This document shows, piece by piece, positions 50,735-64,000 of a DNA stretch of 64,000 nt (positions within the stretch are counted from its first letter, which is position 1; the number at the start of each line of letters is the position of its first letter). The notes under the pieces were generated by a model. That model was not told the origin of the DNA. It worked only from the letters and a program-made list of their open reading frames with translations, and did no database searches. The translations under genes were made by a program, and so were the position numbers. This DNA comes from Felis catus (Eukaryota), in assembly GCF_018350175.1 (NCBI RefSeq), contig NC_058368.1:151964001-152028000 (forward strand). The letters run 5' to 3'.

Positions 50735-51659
50735 AACTAGGTAAGGGCAATTTTAATAGGAAAGCTATTTTAATAGGAAAAGTTAGGTTGCTATTTAAAC
50801 GGGCTAGTTAAGAGGGCTTCCTCTTTGATGGTTAACATTAGCCTTTTACTCACCTACTCATAATCATTTTGATTAGTTAGGAAACTAATGTTAGTTGACT
50901 GCCTCTCCATTTGTTGACTGCCTCTCTATTTAGCCTGTAGGAATTCCATGGTCTATGAGCCACTGATTTGCAGACCAAAGTGATTCTAGCCTCATTGATC
51001 AGTAGATGAATTGTATCCATCTTGCCTTTGACAGTAAAGTGCAAGGTGAGGCTGTTCTCTAGCAAAGCAGAGGACTGCTTCTGCTGGCCTGAAGGATTCA
51101 GCGACATCTAGGGGTTCAAGGTTTCAAATATATCACTATCTTCTTTCCAATCAGATCGTTAAGTCCTGCCTCTCCTTCATCAGCATCCTGACTTTAGCAT
51201 AAGATCCTCGCTGGAAGTGCATAAGGATGTACTTATAACTATTTGGGGGCCTGATTTACAGTATATTAAGCCCTCTAGATGCAGAAGAATTTCTTTAAAT
51301 ACTTCCACAGAAGTCTTCTGGGTTCATAGCTGACCTAAATCTAACTTTATCCTTTTTCAAGGCCTCTAAGTCAGTTGAAAAACTAGCTAACTCTACGTTG
51401 GTTATAATTGCCATGCCCCTTCATTGTTCAGGTGTTAGATCTGTTGCAAAAGCCAGCACTTTCTCCCTGCCAAACCTACCTGTGTGCCAGCTCACTGCAG
51501 TGATAATCTAGGGAATAGTGACAGTACAATACACAAAAAATTTTCCACAACCTACTTATTATCAATGATTGGGTTCTAATCACCTGCTGGCCAAGGGATG
51601 CAACACTAGAATCATGTCCTAAAAGTCTGTTTTCTAGAGCCAAGTCTGATGCAACTTCC

Positions 51660-52170
51660 TTAGTTAGGGCTTCCCTAAAATCAGACCCTGAGATAAGGGT
51701 TTATGTACCAAAAGTTGGAAGAAATCCCAGAAAGAAATGGAGGGGTGTGGAATGTGAGACACAGAAGGGAGAGAAGCCAATAAAAGAAACACAAATGAGT
51801 GGGGGCATTGCTGCAAGACAAATTGGGTCAACTTTATTGTGAATTCTCTAAGAACCCATGGGACATACTCCAGGATCATTGCCCCAGAGGATTGAGTGGT
51901 CAGGTCATTTTTCACCAAATTCTGTCCACATTGGTTGTGAGATACCCTTGGAGTATCTTTTCTCCAAGATACTTGGATACCTTTTCTGCACAAGGTATAT
52001 TGTGGGTATTGTGGTGAAATAAGTTTCAGAGAGCTATAGAATCCCTTCAGGGAGAGAAGAGAGTTGTAAGCACTTATATTAAGTTATTAGCATGCACGCT
52101 GGACAGTCTACTATGCCAACAGATATCTTTAAGTGGGCCAGTGGATTATAGCTCAGGGCAACAAGAGCAT
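51660..52170 (-). mobile_element. ERVL LTR (LTR16/LTR33-like)
   Basis: TAGTTAGGGCTTCCC...CAGACCCTGAGATAAGGGTTT antisense 3' motif. Confidence 0.55.
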
Positions 52171-52199
52171 CTGCAAAATGGTAGATACTCTAAAATTTA

Positions 52200-54920
52200 A
52201 ACACGCACTCTTAACAAAATCGAGTGCTTTGCAGTCCTTTTCCTTTTCCCCAGGACAACACATTAAAGGACTTGGGAACATCTTAAATCCATTTATTCAA
52301 CTGAAATTTATAATCAATCGCTGTTACTAATGATATTAAAACATAAATATATTAAAACCCATAAAAATTATTGTTGTTGTTGTTTTAACCAGCCAATATT
52401 CGTTAGGTTTATCTTCACATTTAGCATCTTTTTACCCACATCTCTGACTTCTCATCTGCGATTATGTTCCTTCTACTTAAAATATATTCTTTAGAATTTT
52501 CCTTAGCACAGCCTGATAGTAACTAATTCTTTTGTTGTGCCATTTTGCATTCATTTGCAACGGTGTGTGTACCACTGTGTATTAAATCCTAGTTTTAAAA
52601 CTTGTTTTTTTCTAGTAGATTGTAAACATAACTCTTTTGTCTTCTGGTTTCCATTGTTGCACTCACGAAGTAAACTCTTTTTAACCACTGTTTATTTAAA
52701 CACAGTCTCCTCTAACTGCTTTAAAATTTGTCTCTGGTTTTCTGGGGTGTCTCTATGTGTTTAAAAGAACATGTAAAAAAATTTTTTGCCCACTGGTGAG
52801 TCATAGGGCTTTTAAAATATGAAGATGTGTATCTTTCATCTATTCTAGAGTATTTTCTGATATTTTCTCATCAAATATCATCTATTCCAGTCTCTCTTTT
52901 CTCCCTTTCTGAGATTCAAATGAAAGTAATGTTAGATTTTCTCTCTGAATCTCCTAAGTTTATTTGTCCCTCATCTGTATTTTTCATCTTTATATTATTT
53001 ATACTTCTTTCTGAAGACTTTCTTCTAATCTATTTCAAGTTAACTAATATCTCTTCCTCTGTGTCTAATTTTCTCTTATATCCATAAACTTAATTCTGAA
53101 ATTATTTTATCAAAGTTTTTATTGTATAATTTTTCTTTTTTAATTACATATATGTTTTTATTAATATTTTGGTTTCTTTAGATTCACAGCAAAATTGAGG
53201 GGAATTCAGAGAGATTTCTGACATGCCCTACCTCTACTTGCATAGCTCCTACCATTATCAACATTTCCAACCCCAGTAGTGCATTTGTTACAAGAGTATA
53301 CTTTAGGGTTCACTCTTGTTGTTGTACCTTCTATGGGTTCAAACAAATGTATAATGATATGTATCTATCATTATGATACCATATGGAGTATTGCCACAGC
53401 ACTAAAAATCCTCTGTGCTCTGTTTATTCACCCTTCCTCTTGACCCACAGCCCATGGCAACTACTGATTTTTTATTGTCTCCATAGTTTTGCCTTTTCCA
53501 GAATGTCATATAGTTGGAATTATACAGTATGTAGTCTTATTAGGTTGGCTTCTTTCACTTACTACTATACCTTTAAGGTTCTTCTATGTCTTCTCATGCT
53601 TGATAGCTCATTTATTCTTAGTGCTAATACTTTTATCTTTTCTGTGTGTACCACAGTTTGCTATCCATTCACCTACCAAAGGGTATCTGGGTTACTTCCA
53701 CATTTTGGCAATTACAAGTAAAGCTGATGTAAACAACTTTGTGTAGGTTTTTGTGTGGACATAAATTTTCAACTCCTTTGGGTAAATATCAAACATTGTG
53801 ATTGTTAGATCATATGGTAAAAGTGTGGTTAGTCTTGTAAAAAAAAAAATTGTCGAACTCTCTTTCCAAAGTGGCTGTACCATTTTGCATTCCCACCAGC
53901 AGTGAAGTTCCTGTTGCTGCACTTCCTCACCAGCATTTAGTGTTTTCAATGTTTTAGATTTTGGCCATTTTACGTGTACACTGGTCTGTCCTATGTTATT
54001 TTTATAGTTTCTAGTTTCCTGCCAAATTATTCAATCTTACCTCTTATTATTTATTTATTTTAATGTTTATGTATTTTTGAGAGACACAGAGACAGAATGC
54101 GAGTGAGTTAGGGGCAGAGAGAGAGGAGACACAGAAGCCGAAGCATGCTCCAGGCTCCGAGCTGTCAGCACAGAGCCCGACGCGGGGCTCGAACTCACGA
54201 GCTGTGAGATCATGACCTGAGCCAAACTCAGACCTCAACCGACTGAGCCACCCGGGCGCCCCTTACCTCTTATTTTTTAAAACCCTAATTAGAGTAATTG
54301 TTTTATTGTCTGAGTCTGAGAGTTCCTAAATCCCATGTCTTTGTGCATCTGTTTCTACTGTATGTTGTTTCTGATGTTTGGTACTTGCTTTGATACTTTT
54401 AATTATATGATAGAAGCTTCATTTAGTAAATTATTTGGTAGATGATTTTGATATCTAAAATAATGGCATTGTCTTTCACACATTATCTGTGATAGCTTCT
54501 GGGAGTTGTTAGAGAGAACGGGGGTTTCTCTGATGCTAAATAATAAAATTCTGTCTGCAAGTCCCTATAACATCTGATTTCCTTCTGGTTCACACTTCCT
54601 TGGAAGCATAGTTCTTCATGAACCCAGTGCTAAACTGGAGGCTGGAGTCTCCATCCTCATCAGGATATGAGGATCATCCCAAATGAATGAGACCACGAAA
54701 ATAACAAATTAGTTTTGCAGCTGCTCTTTCAGAATGGGAAAATAAGCTCAAAGCAAAAGAAATTTTGAGCAGCTTATTTCAGTTCCCCAAAATCTTGGCC
54801 TATTTCTCGTTGTTTTATTAGCTCTTTGCTACTTTCAAAAAGATGTCTTTTTAAAAACTTTGATCAGGTTCTTCAGTTTTTCTGACAGAGAGAACTGGTT
54901 TGAGTCAACTAGCTGTTACT
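52200..54920 (-). mobile_element. Old L1ME-type sequence containing an L1MC/MD 3' end (about 53140-53975) and a SINE
   Basis: AGATTCACAGCAAAATTGAG, TTGCCTTTTCCAGAATGTCATATAGTTGGAAT, TTCCAAAGTGGCTGTACCATTTTGCATTCCCACCAGCA. Confidence 0.75.
54048..54262 (-). mobile_element. CAN-SINE
   Basis: TSD TTACCTCTTATT. Confidence 0.94.
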
Positions 54921-55145
54921 GGAAGTAAAATTCTCAAAGTCATGTGTTTTTTATTTTGATTACAGAGCCTTTCATATGAATATTTTTACTAAGCCAATAT
55001 CCCTTAATAAAAGAAAGATTAATACACTTCTAAAAATACCTTAAGAAAAACAAAGTGTTTCATGTATTTATGGCCACTATATGGCTGATGCTCAGACACA
55101 GCAGAAAAAAATAAACATCATACTACTTAAATAGAGAAAGAGTAA

Positions 55146-56070
55146 TTTTTATGGAGAAATAATTGACAGGTAACACTGTATAAGTTTAAGATGTACAACA
55201 TGCTGGTTTGAGACAGTTATATATTGCAATGTGACTACCACTACTATAGTATTAGCTAACATCTCCATCACATCACACAATTTCTTCTTTTCTATGCTGA
55301 GAACATTTAAAATATAGTCCTTTAGCAACTTTGGAGTATATAATACACAATTGTTGACTATAACCACAATGCTGTCCATTAGGTCTTCAGAACTTATTCA
55401 TCTTCTAACTTCAAGTTTGTAGCTTTTGACCAACATCTCCCTAATTGTCCCAGCCCCCAGCCCCTGATAACCATAATTATACTTTCTCTTTCTGCAAGTT
55501 CAGCTTTTTTAGATTCCACATATAAGTAGCATCACATAGCATTTGTCTTTCTCTGTCTTACTTATCTCAGTTAATGTATTTCCCTCAAGTTCCATCTATG
55601 TTGTCACAAATGGCAGGATTTCCTCCTTTTTGTGGGTGGGTATATATGATATATTATTATATATCACACATATATGAGATACATATATCTCACATCTTCT
55701 TTTTTCATTTTTCCATCAACAGACACTTAGACTGTTTCTAGATCTTGGCTGTTGTGAATAATGCACAATGAAGATGGGGGTACAGATATATTTTTGATAT
55801 CCTGTTTTCATTTCCTTTGCGTACGTACCCAGGAGTGAGATTGCTGGGTCATATGATAGTTCTATTTTTAATTTTCTTAGGAACCTCCACTACATTTCCA
55901 TCATTAGTGCACAAAGTTTCCCTTTTCTCCACATCTTTGCCAACACTTGTTATCTCTTGTCTTCTTGATGATGGCCATTCTAACAGGTATGAGGTGATAA
56001 CCACTGTCATTTTTATTTGCATTTACCTGATGATTAATGATGTTTATTTCATGTACCTCTTGACTATTGG
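55146..56070 (-). mobile_element. L1MA/MB-type 3' end
   Basis: TTTAGATTCCACATATAAGT, GTTGTCACAAATGGCAGGATTTCC, TTGCTGGGTCATATGATAGTTCTATTTTT. Confidence 0.88.
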
Positions 56071-56449
56071 GGAGTAATTACTAAATTTGTCTCCTGCCAT
56101 TTCCCTCTGAAGTTGCGCTTTGTCAATTTTGGAACTAATCAAACACTCATTTGTAAATCCTAAATCTCTTGTTCAGCTGTGAAATGTATAATTATTCCAC
56201 TGAATTGAATTCTGCTCCCTATAAAAGGCAGAATGAGCAGGGGCCTTAGGGAGAAGAAACCTAACAGATTATCCTTAGCTTTAAATATACAAAAACAGTC
56301 TTTGACTATTAGTAAATATGCAATGTCAGACTCATCTCAGAATATAGGGCTGTCTTCATTTTAAGCAGAAATTGTAGTCATTATTATTATTGCATTTATA
56401 GATCTCTGGATATTTGCAGCCAGGCAGAATGTGACTATCTGCATGGTAG

Positions 56450-57709
56450 GAATAGGGGATATATAAGGGCCAGCTCTGTGAGAAGTCATAATGAATTAAG
56501 ACATGCCACAGAATTTGTCCTCAAATATTTTCTTTACTGATATTCCCTGGGTCATATTTTATTACTTCAAAGCAAGAGATTAGGGAGAAAAAGTCATAAG
56601 TATTATCTTCAAATTGTTAATGTGCTTTTGCCCCCATTAAGTATATTTACATAGACAACTTTATATGATTATCTAGAATGGTGCAAAGAACTGACCTGAA
56701 GCAAAAAGCTAAAGAAGTTTCACTTAGAGAGGACAACATGGCCAGGGCATGTTCAAAGATTAAAAAATAGGAGGTACAGTTGAACACAATAGACCAGAGA
56801 AAGAAAGCTCAGCATCACTCAGTCCCTCATTTCTTCATGACTTCTTCCACGTGAAAATGTATAAATGGGTAGAAAAGTAGCAATGATAAAGAAAATGTTC
56901 TGAACAAATACTAAAAGGCTAAGGTAGTAGAATCATTGGTGGTTTGCAAGGAATTAAAAGTGGACAGTAGAGAAGAAAGCAGGACAGTTTGATGGCAGAG
57001 GAAGAAAGCTTGATCAATGGTTTAATATATTTTGAGTCCTAATAATGAAGAATAACAATATCATTAACAACTATAGCAAAGTCAGTTTGGGGAAATAAAA
57101 TAATGAGAAATGATTTGTTTTTGAAAATGTGAACTTTGTAGGACATGCATTGTGCAATGAATTAAGAAATAAAGATCTGTAGTTAAGACAAGAAGTCGGT
57201 GATATGTGTGTGGGAGACATACACATATACATAGAAAGTGAGAGTATATCACTTTAAGGGAACCATGTCAGGAGGACAGAAAACAGAGCTGAAGATGATG
57301 TAGTGGATGCTGACGAGACCCTGACCAAACCACATCTACTAGCTAGAGAACCCTTCTCCCTATTTCTGTAATTATTGCCTAAAGTCTTGGGTACAAAAGT
57401 CCAGCCCTTTGTCTCTAAAAGAAAACTCAAGGGGTGCAAATTGTGCTCTAGAGCATTCCATAGGATCAGACTGAAATTAGTCTCCAACTGAAGCCATATT
57501 AATGCTTAGCTTTTCTCCCCCTGCCTATCTTACTTTTCTCACTTCCCTTCTCCTGAGCGACCTTCCATTAAATCACTTGACCAATAAATTACATCTCAGA
57601 TTTTGATGCCAGGGAACATGACCTAAGACAGATGCTTTGTGTGGGCAGACTAAAATCAACAAAAAGTGAAGCAAAAATTTTCAGAGAGATATGGCTATTT
57701 CTTGGAAAT

Positions 57710-57755
<46 letters not shown>

Positions 57756-57880
57756 TTGATTGAGGGGAGAATGGTCATTGGTGTCAAAGGTGCTTATAAA
57801 GACAAAAACAAAAGTGAATTATAAATTTTAGGTGACACTTCTGACCTCTGAGGAGACAATATCAGTAGGGTAGTATAAAT
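56450..57880. mobile_element. Degenerate L2-like sequence with an LTR16-like ERVL LTR (about 57320-57630)
   Basis: Purine-rich L2-like tracts; LTR end CATTAAATCACTTG...GGGAACATGACCTAAGACA. Confidence 0.45.
57713..57753. repeat. (GA)n microsatellite
   Basis: About 20 GA units. Confidence 0.97.
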
Positions 57881-58519
57881 GCCTTTTCCCATGAAATTTT
57901 GATATAGAAAAGAATTTCTACATCAAATATAAAATTTGATATAGATAAGATTCTGGATTATCACTTGAGGAAATTGCAGGATCCAAATCTCTTTATTCAA
58001 ATCCTATATGTAAAACAGAAAATCACATGAAAAACAAGAACAGAAAACACAACTTCTTTGGCTGGAGTGTGAGTAGAACAAATTCCATAACATGTATGCC
58101 TACTTCAGTAACCTCTCACTCTCCTTTCCTCCCCTGGCTTCGAGGAAGAGTAAGGAGTATTAGGGAGAAGTGTTAGGGAGGTAAGATTAATACAAAAAGT
58201 AAGAGGCATCAAAATTCTGAAAGGATTTATTTTGGACAATTATGCAGGGATCTGGGTGTCACTTAGCTTGGATGCTCTCAGAGATATAAGAGCTCAGTAA
58301 AGGCTCTGGGGATATCTGTAATTCTGCCTAAATTACCTCATCAAGCTAGGGTGTAAGGTTAACTTTAAGTTACCTTTGCTAAGGAGGAATATGAAAATCT
58401 AGGTAGAAATGGTGAATCCCATCTTTTGAAATAAAACCAAAGTAAAACAGTCAGATTATCTTTCAGTGAATATCTCAGATGGCAGTTGGAAACTATACTA
58501 AGTTCTTTATACCTTTCTT

Positions 58520-58727
58520 TTAAAAAAATTAATATTTATTTTTGAGAGAAAGGGACAGGGCATGAGCAGGAGAGGGGCAGAGAGAGAGGGAGACACAGAA
58601 TCTGAAGCAGGCCCCAGGCTCTGAGCTGTCAGCACAGAGTTCAATGCAGGACTTGCACTCATGAGCTGTGAGATCATGACCTGAGCTGAAGTCGAACAGC
58701 CAATTGACTGAGCCACCTAGGTGCCCC
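58520..58727 (-). mobile_element. CAN-SINE
   Basis: TSD TATACCTTTCTT. Confidence 0.94.
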
Positions 58728-59090
58728 TATACCTTTCTTACTTCTTGTTTCTTATAACCTATCTATGACCACACAGCCGAAATGAAAAGAACTGACATGC
58801 TTATGCTATAGGGACTTCAGAAAAGGGGCTGCTGACAGCAAGGTTTGGAGAAGAACCTCTATGATATATCACATATTGACAACTACCAAAGGAAAGGGAT
58901 GTTGGGGCCAGGGACCCCAGATCCTGCCAAAAAGATGGTGTGCCACAAATCTAAACTGAAAGTGGAATACTGGGCTGACGCACTTGAAAGTCCCAACCTT
59001 TGCTAGAAGACTAATATAACAGGGCACACATGAGCTTATGAGGGCCTGGCTAGTCTCAATGACAGTAGGGAGATAAAAAACAGAGGGAGA

Positions 59091-59125
<35 letters not shown>

Positions 59126-60735
59126 CCAGAAGATTTGTTGGCCTTGATGAAAGGCAGATAGTGAGAAAGAAGATCAAGGGAGATTGAAAACCTTCATATC
59201 CTTGTGTAAGAAAATGTTTAATTTAAACACAGTTTGGTAATGAGCTTGTTTGTTTTGATACTATAGTTTTGACAATATCAATAACTATTTATAGCCAATA
59301 TTCTTATGCGTCATATCTAGCTATTTTTCCTACATTCACATTTTTTGGAGGTTCTCATTGTATCTTTCTATAGAAAATGAAAAAAACATGAAGAAGGAAG
59401 TGCAAAGATGGAAAGCTTTTGAATCCTAAACTTATTTAAAGGAAATTCTATTAGTGAACATTTGGAACTATGGTGTTTGTTCCATGGTCACGCATTAAAT
59501 CTGCTTAAACTCATGTGGAATTGGTTTAGAATGTATAGGGTCATTCCTCATGCTATAAAACTGGTAAGAATTTATCAACAAAACTGTAAATATTATCAAC
59601 TGATTTGAATATAGAAGAGCACAGGCCTTAATAGTTCATGAGGAGTAGCATTTCCCTTGCACTGACTTCTTTCTTATAGAAAAAGAATTATTTTTGACTA
59701 TAATAAAAACATCATCAGCTACATTTTATTTTTTATGCAACAGATGTTCTAAGGGCTCAGTGGATAGGAGTTACCCCTGTTCACCTCTTCACCACATCAC
59801 CATTAGCCACTCCAAGACTTCCCTGGATAATGCAGTAGAGGGTCAAGGTCAGAGGCTTCTGAATTCATCATGAATTGATTCACTCTCCCAACTGAACACA
59901 TCTCTCCTGCCTCTAGGACAGCATACTGGCAACAAGGAATCATTGCAACTGTGACTCCCCCTTTATGACCCAGGCTTGGGACTCAGCCCTGCCACAAAAG
60001 ATGCAGGAGGGTGCCGTGAAGGTGAGATGAAGAAATCTTGATTTTTTTCCCCGAGAGCAAGAATGCAGATAAGGGGCAGGGATGAAATGCTTGAAATACA
60101 ATTGGCGATACATCATCAGGAAGAAGACTAAAGTGAGTAAGCATAAGTTGATTAAAAAGGCTTTCATTAATAGACCCCACACATGATTTCTATTTGTAAC
60201 TAATAAAAACATTATTTAATATTTAAAGTAAGTGACTGCATTCACATTTTATTTATCAGAAAAACTGCACTCTCTCCCTCCTGGATGCCTCTCAGTGATA
60301 AATTTTAAAATAACCAGTGTTCTTCCTCTGGTCTAAGGGGTCCATTATCCCTTAGTAGTATGGAATAATGTAGTATGATTATGATTGTATGATTCTGACC
60401 TATTTCCTAGGCTTCTTAAGTAAAGTCTTCACTGTATGCCAAAAGGATCAATAAAGTGACAGTGGTTGGTACTAAAAGAGTAGGCTTATGGCTATGAGAG
60501 CAAGAACTCCCTGATGAGATCATTGCTCTCCTACTCTCATAGATATATCCACTCCCCAGTGGATCATGGACTTGCTGGTTAAACCTAAGGGATATGAGAA
60601 AAGAGACTTGGAAATGTTATTTTTTAAGGGAACCTCATTTACACTTGATTTGTTTGTCAATTTGGGTGGAAATGAAGATAGTACACTCTTGTATTCCCTC
60701 CACTTCCTTATTCTGTATCCCAGATAAGAAATGAA

Positions 60736-60910
60736 CAGGGCTGGCTTCATGAATTCACAGCCTGTATAGTTGCAAAGGGTTCGACACTTGGAAGGGCCTA
60801 CATTTGACTTAATACTCTGTCACCATCTTGAAGTTCATAAAAAATTTTTGAACAAAGAGTTCTGCCTTTTCATTTTGTACTGGACCTCACAAACTATATG
60901 GTCAGCTATG
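60736..60910 (+). mobile_element. MER45A-like hAT-Tip100 MITE
   Basis: CAGGGCTGGCTTCATG...TTTTTGAACAA...TTTTCATTTTGTACTGG; degenerate 8-bp TSD GAAATGAA/GGAATGGA. Confidence 0.8.
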
Positions 60911-63404
60911 GGAATGGAATTCTGGAAACTGTTAAATTTGGGAGGAGGAAACATGTGATGAGGAGCTCAAACCTTCCCCTCTCCTCCTCTCTTTGGGATC
61001 AGCCTACTTTCAGAGAGCATATGGTTAGATCAATTCTCCACTTGTAGGAAGCTAGTGGTAAAGAAAATATTCTTGTAGGCAAGATTGTGGTTTTCCAGGC
61101 TGTCTCTGACTGGGTGGATAGGTCTCTCTAATTCTGGGGCACATATTAGTCATATGCCTGAATCCTGTTTTCCATTAGTTCTATTACTATTGAAACAGAT
61201 ACTTTTATTTCTCTTTGACTGAACTCTTTGTGTAGCTTTCATTTGGTTTAGAACTCAGGTAGGTGACAGAATGGTAGAAACACCAATGAGAACTACATGC
61301 CTTTGGGAGAAAACATTTTCCATCTACTGAGAAGGTCGGCAGCCTTTCAGGAGTGAAGTATTTGGTAAGACTCTTATTCTTGATAGTTAAAAGATATAAG
61401 AGAATGGCAAATGTGGTTAGAAAAGAAATACACACAGATCCCTATGCTCAAAAATCTCTGCCCTACTGCTCAAATAGAGATTTGCTTAGATTAATGAATA
61501 CCATCTTTTAAATATAAAATATACCTTGAAGGAGTAAGTTCATGAAATCCTCAGAATGTGGTCCTACTTAAATTTATATTCTTCTGAGATAAACCAACAT
61601 GCTGAACTGGCAACTTTAAGTAGAAAAAAAACACATTTTTAAACAGTAAATGGGAAACACAGTGTTCCTGAGGATCAGGGAGAGGTTCTTCATAAGATTG
61701 GGAAGGAAAGATAATCAAAATGAGAAGACACCAAACCTTGGAGTTTTTCACAGTGTCCTAGTGATCTCAGCTCCCTACCCCAATCCCCCAAGTCCCTGAA
61801 AATCATCTTCTTTGAGAGCTTTTCTATCATTAAAACAGGTGGCCAACGCATGAACTACAGAAAAATCTATCAGCAAATTTCTAAACTAGCTGGCACCATC
61901 AATCACCATCCAGAGTAAGATGCACTAAAGACTTTAAGCATACCAAGTCTCTGTTTCCCTCCCTGGGCTGATGCATGTTCTTTGGTCAATTATAAGGGTA
62001 GGGTAAATAATCCAAAAAATAGACTACCAGGAAATCTTAGAATGACTAGAGGGTATGACAAGAGCCCACATTGTCCATACCCTAGCTTTGGCTGGGGCTT
62101 TCATCCAAGAAATGATGATCTGTGGCACTGATGAAACAATGTGGATAAGCAACCATATAATATTTGTTTATTTGTATTTATCTAATCAGTGGGAGAGGCA
62201 ACAATTCAGCACTCCCCAGAAGTTCACATGTCACAGATTCAAACAATTTTACACATAAACCCTATTCGTTGACCCAATGTCATCAGTGTTTTCATCAAGA
62301 ACCTTCACAAACTCTTTAGAGGAAGCCATAGCTTTAAATACTTTTGAATTCATTTACTCTAAATTTACTCCTCATAATGCTATTACCATAGAGTGGAGTC
62401 CTACTGATAAATTCACCTGGAGTAGGGCTCTTTGCAGCTCTGACCAAAGATTCAAGGCTACACGGTCACATGTCTTTTTGTTCTTGGTTAAAAGGATACA
62501 ACCCATTAAGCACATCTAACAGTTCTCTTGCTTTCTCTTTCTCTACAAAACTCTTTTGTTCAAATTGGGTGAAACTGCCGTTTTTCCTGAGTAACAAGCT
62601 GATTCTCTTTATTCCTTTCCATTCTATGTATGTAACACATCCAAAAATCTTTGCTAATCGTATATACTACATTTTGTTTGCTTCTGTCATTTTATTAAAA
62701 TAGGTTTACATAAAATGTAATAAGTCAAACCACTGACAAATATAAAGAAAAGTTATTTACCTCAAATTGTGCTTCTGTGAAACTGGTTGCTTGCTCTCTG
62801 GTTACCAACTTCAAAAATGTGGTGCCAAAATTAGCCAGACAAAACAAACAAAAGCCCCCTCTTTGCAACAAGGCTCATTTCCATCTGGTTGTGCTGCATA
62901 TTATGAAAGTATACATTCTAATGTCAAAATTCACCTTAAAAGACCAAATGCTTTACAATCAGTTAAGTGGATGCTTCTGTATCAACACAATCCCTTTCCA
63001 GAATGTGGTCAAAAGTGGCCCATCATTCAGTTTTAGTGATACCCCACAGACTTCCTGGTATCCCCAAATCATCTTGGTGCTATCCCAGGTTCTTATATGA
63101 CTATTAGTGAATGACACCAGTCGGAGGACAAGAGCACTCCCAGGGGAGAGAAGGTGGTCACTATGCATACAAAAGTGAGTAGAAACCACGAAGCTCTCTC
63201 AGGCTGCTTGCAATGGTTTGATGAGGGATACACTGAAGAGATCATGAGCCACATTTAACCGCTGTGAAAACCTCTTCCAACCTCATCGCTCCATATGGGA
63301 GTTAAAACTGATTTTAGGAAGTTAAGGAGATAGCAGGACATGCCTAAATGATTTATTAAAACAAAAGCCCTTATATTTCAGGGTCAAACAGGTCAAATTC
63401 CTCG

Positions 63405-63800
63405 TGTATTAGTTTTCCGTCACTGCATAACAAATTGCCACACAGGTAGTAGACTAAAACGTCAATAAATTTATTATCTAATAGTTTCTTTGGGTCAGAA
63501 GCCTGGCACATGTTAGCTGGATCCTTTACTCATGGTATCACAAGGCTTAAGGTAAAATTCTGGCCCCCTTTATTCTCATCTGGAGAATCAATTAGGGAAA
63601 CTTCTGCATCCAAGCTCCCTTGGGTTGTTGGCAGAATTTGTTTCTGACTGAGGTCCCTATTTTCTTGTTAGATGACAGCCTGGAATTATCCTGAACAACT
63701 AGAAACCAAACTCAAGTCCTTGCCATGTGGCTTCCTTCACTGGGTACTCTGACTGGCTTATATCTGTGACCTATAAACTCTCTTTAAAAATATCACCTAT
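63405..63800 (-). mobile_element. MaLR (MLT1-type) LTR
   Basis: TGTATTAGTTTTC...CATAACAAATTGCCACA...TGTTGGCAGAATT antisense pattern. Confidence 0.75.
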
Positions 63801-63803
63801 TTA

Positions 63804-64000
63804 GGAGCACCTAGGTGGCTCAGTCTGTTAAGAATCCGACTTCAGCTCAGGTCATGATCTCCTGGTCAGTGAGTTCAAGCCCTGTATCAGGCTGTGTGCT
63901 GACAGCTCAGAGCCTGGAGCCTGCTTTGGATTCTGTATCCCTCTCTCTCTGCCCCTCCCCAGCTCATGCTCTGTTCTCTCTGTCTCTCAAAACTGAATAG
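63804..64000 (+). mobile_element. CAN-SINE
   Basis: Head GGAGCACCTAGGTGGCTCAG and CT-rich body, cut by the window end. Confidence 0.92.

Noticed and set aside
48405..50858. Identical 15-mer TTTTACTCACCTACT at 48405 and 50844
   Set aside because: A few 15-mer matches are expected by chance in 64 kb of AT-rich DNA and the flanks do not align.
50893..50930. 19-bp tandem duplication GTTGACTGCCTCTC(C/T)ATTT
   Set aside because: Ordinary local slippage duplication with no other supporting signal.
58740..59125. Poly(A) run of about 32 nt as a processed pseudogene tail
   Set aside because: No canonical poly(A) signal, no TSD and no recognisable coding sequence upstream.
987..64000. Recurrent short ORFs such as MAQSV...SAQVMIS
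   Set aside because: Translations of CAN-SINE consensus; their tRNA-like heads are not real tRNA genes.

Overview
AT-rich, repeat-dense mammalian genomic DNA. About 20 CAN-SINEs, including the Felidae-type young form, point to a cat-family genome. No host protein-coding gene can be recognised, so the window looks intronic or intergenic. The main feature is a 6,136-bp defective gammaretroviral (ERV1/class I) provirus on the + strand at 33654-39789. It has two 340-bp LTRs differing at 12 positions, a tRNA-Pro PBS, GACG-tetraloop packaging hairpins, a 5-copy 30-bp leader repeat and an open glyco-Gag-type leader ORF. Its gag and pol are decayed, and large deletions removed matrix, the N-terminal half of RNase H and nearly all of env, leaving an 87-aa signal-peptide/SU stub. 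The rest is CAN-SINEs (one nested), old L1s (two 5'-inverted), MIR, L2, MaLR/ERVL/ERV1 solo LTRs, DNA-transposon fossils and microsatellites. There are also repeat-free stretches with enhancer-like motif clusters and some minus-strand splice signals that may belong to an unidentified host transcript. Repeat subfamily names come from recalled consensus motifs, not from a database search, and boundaries of old repeats are approximate.
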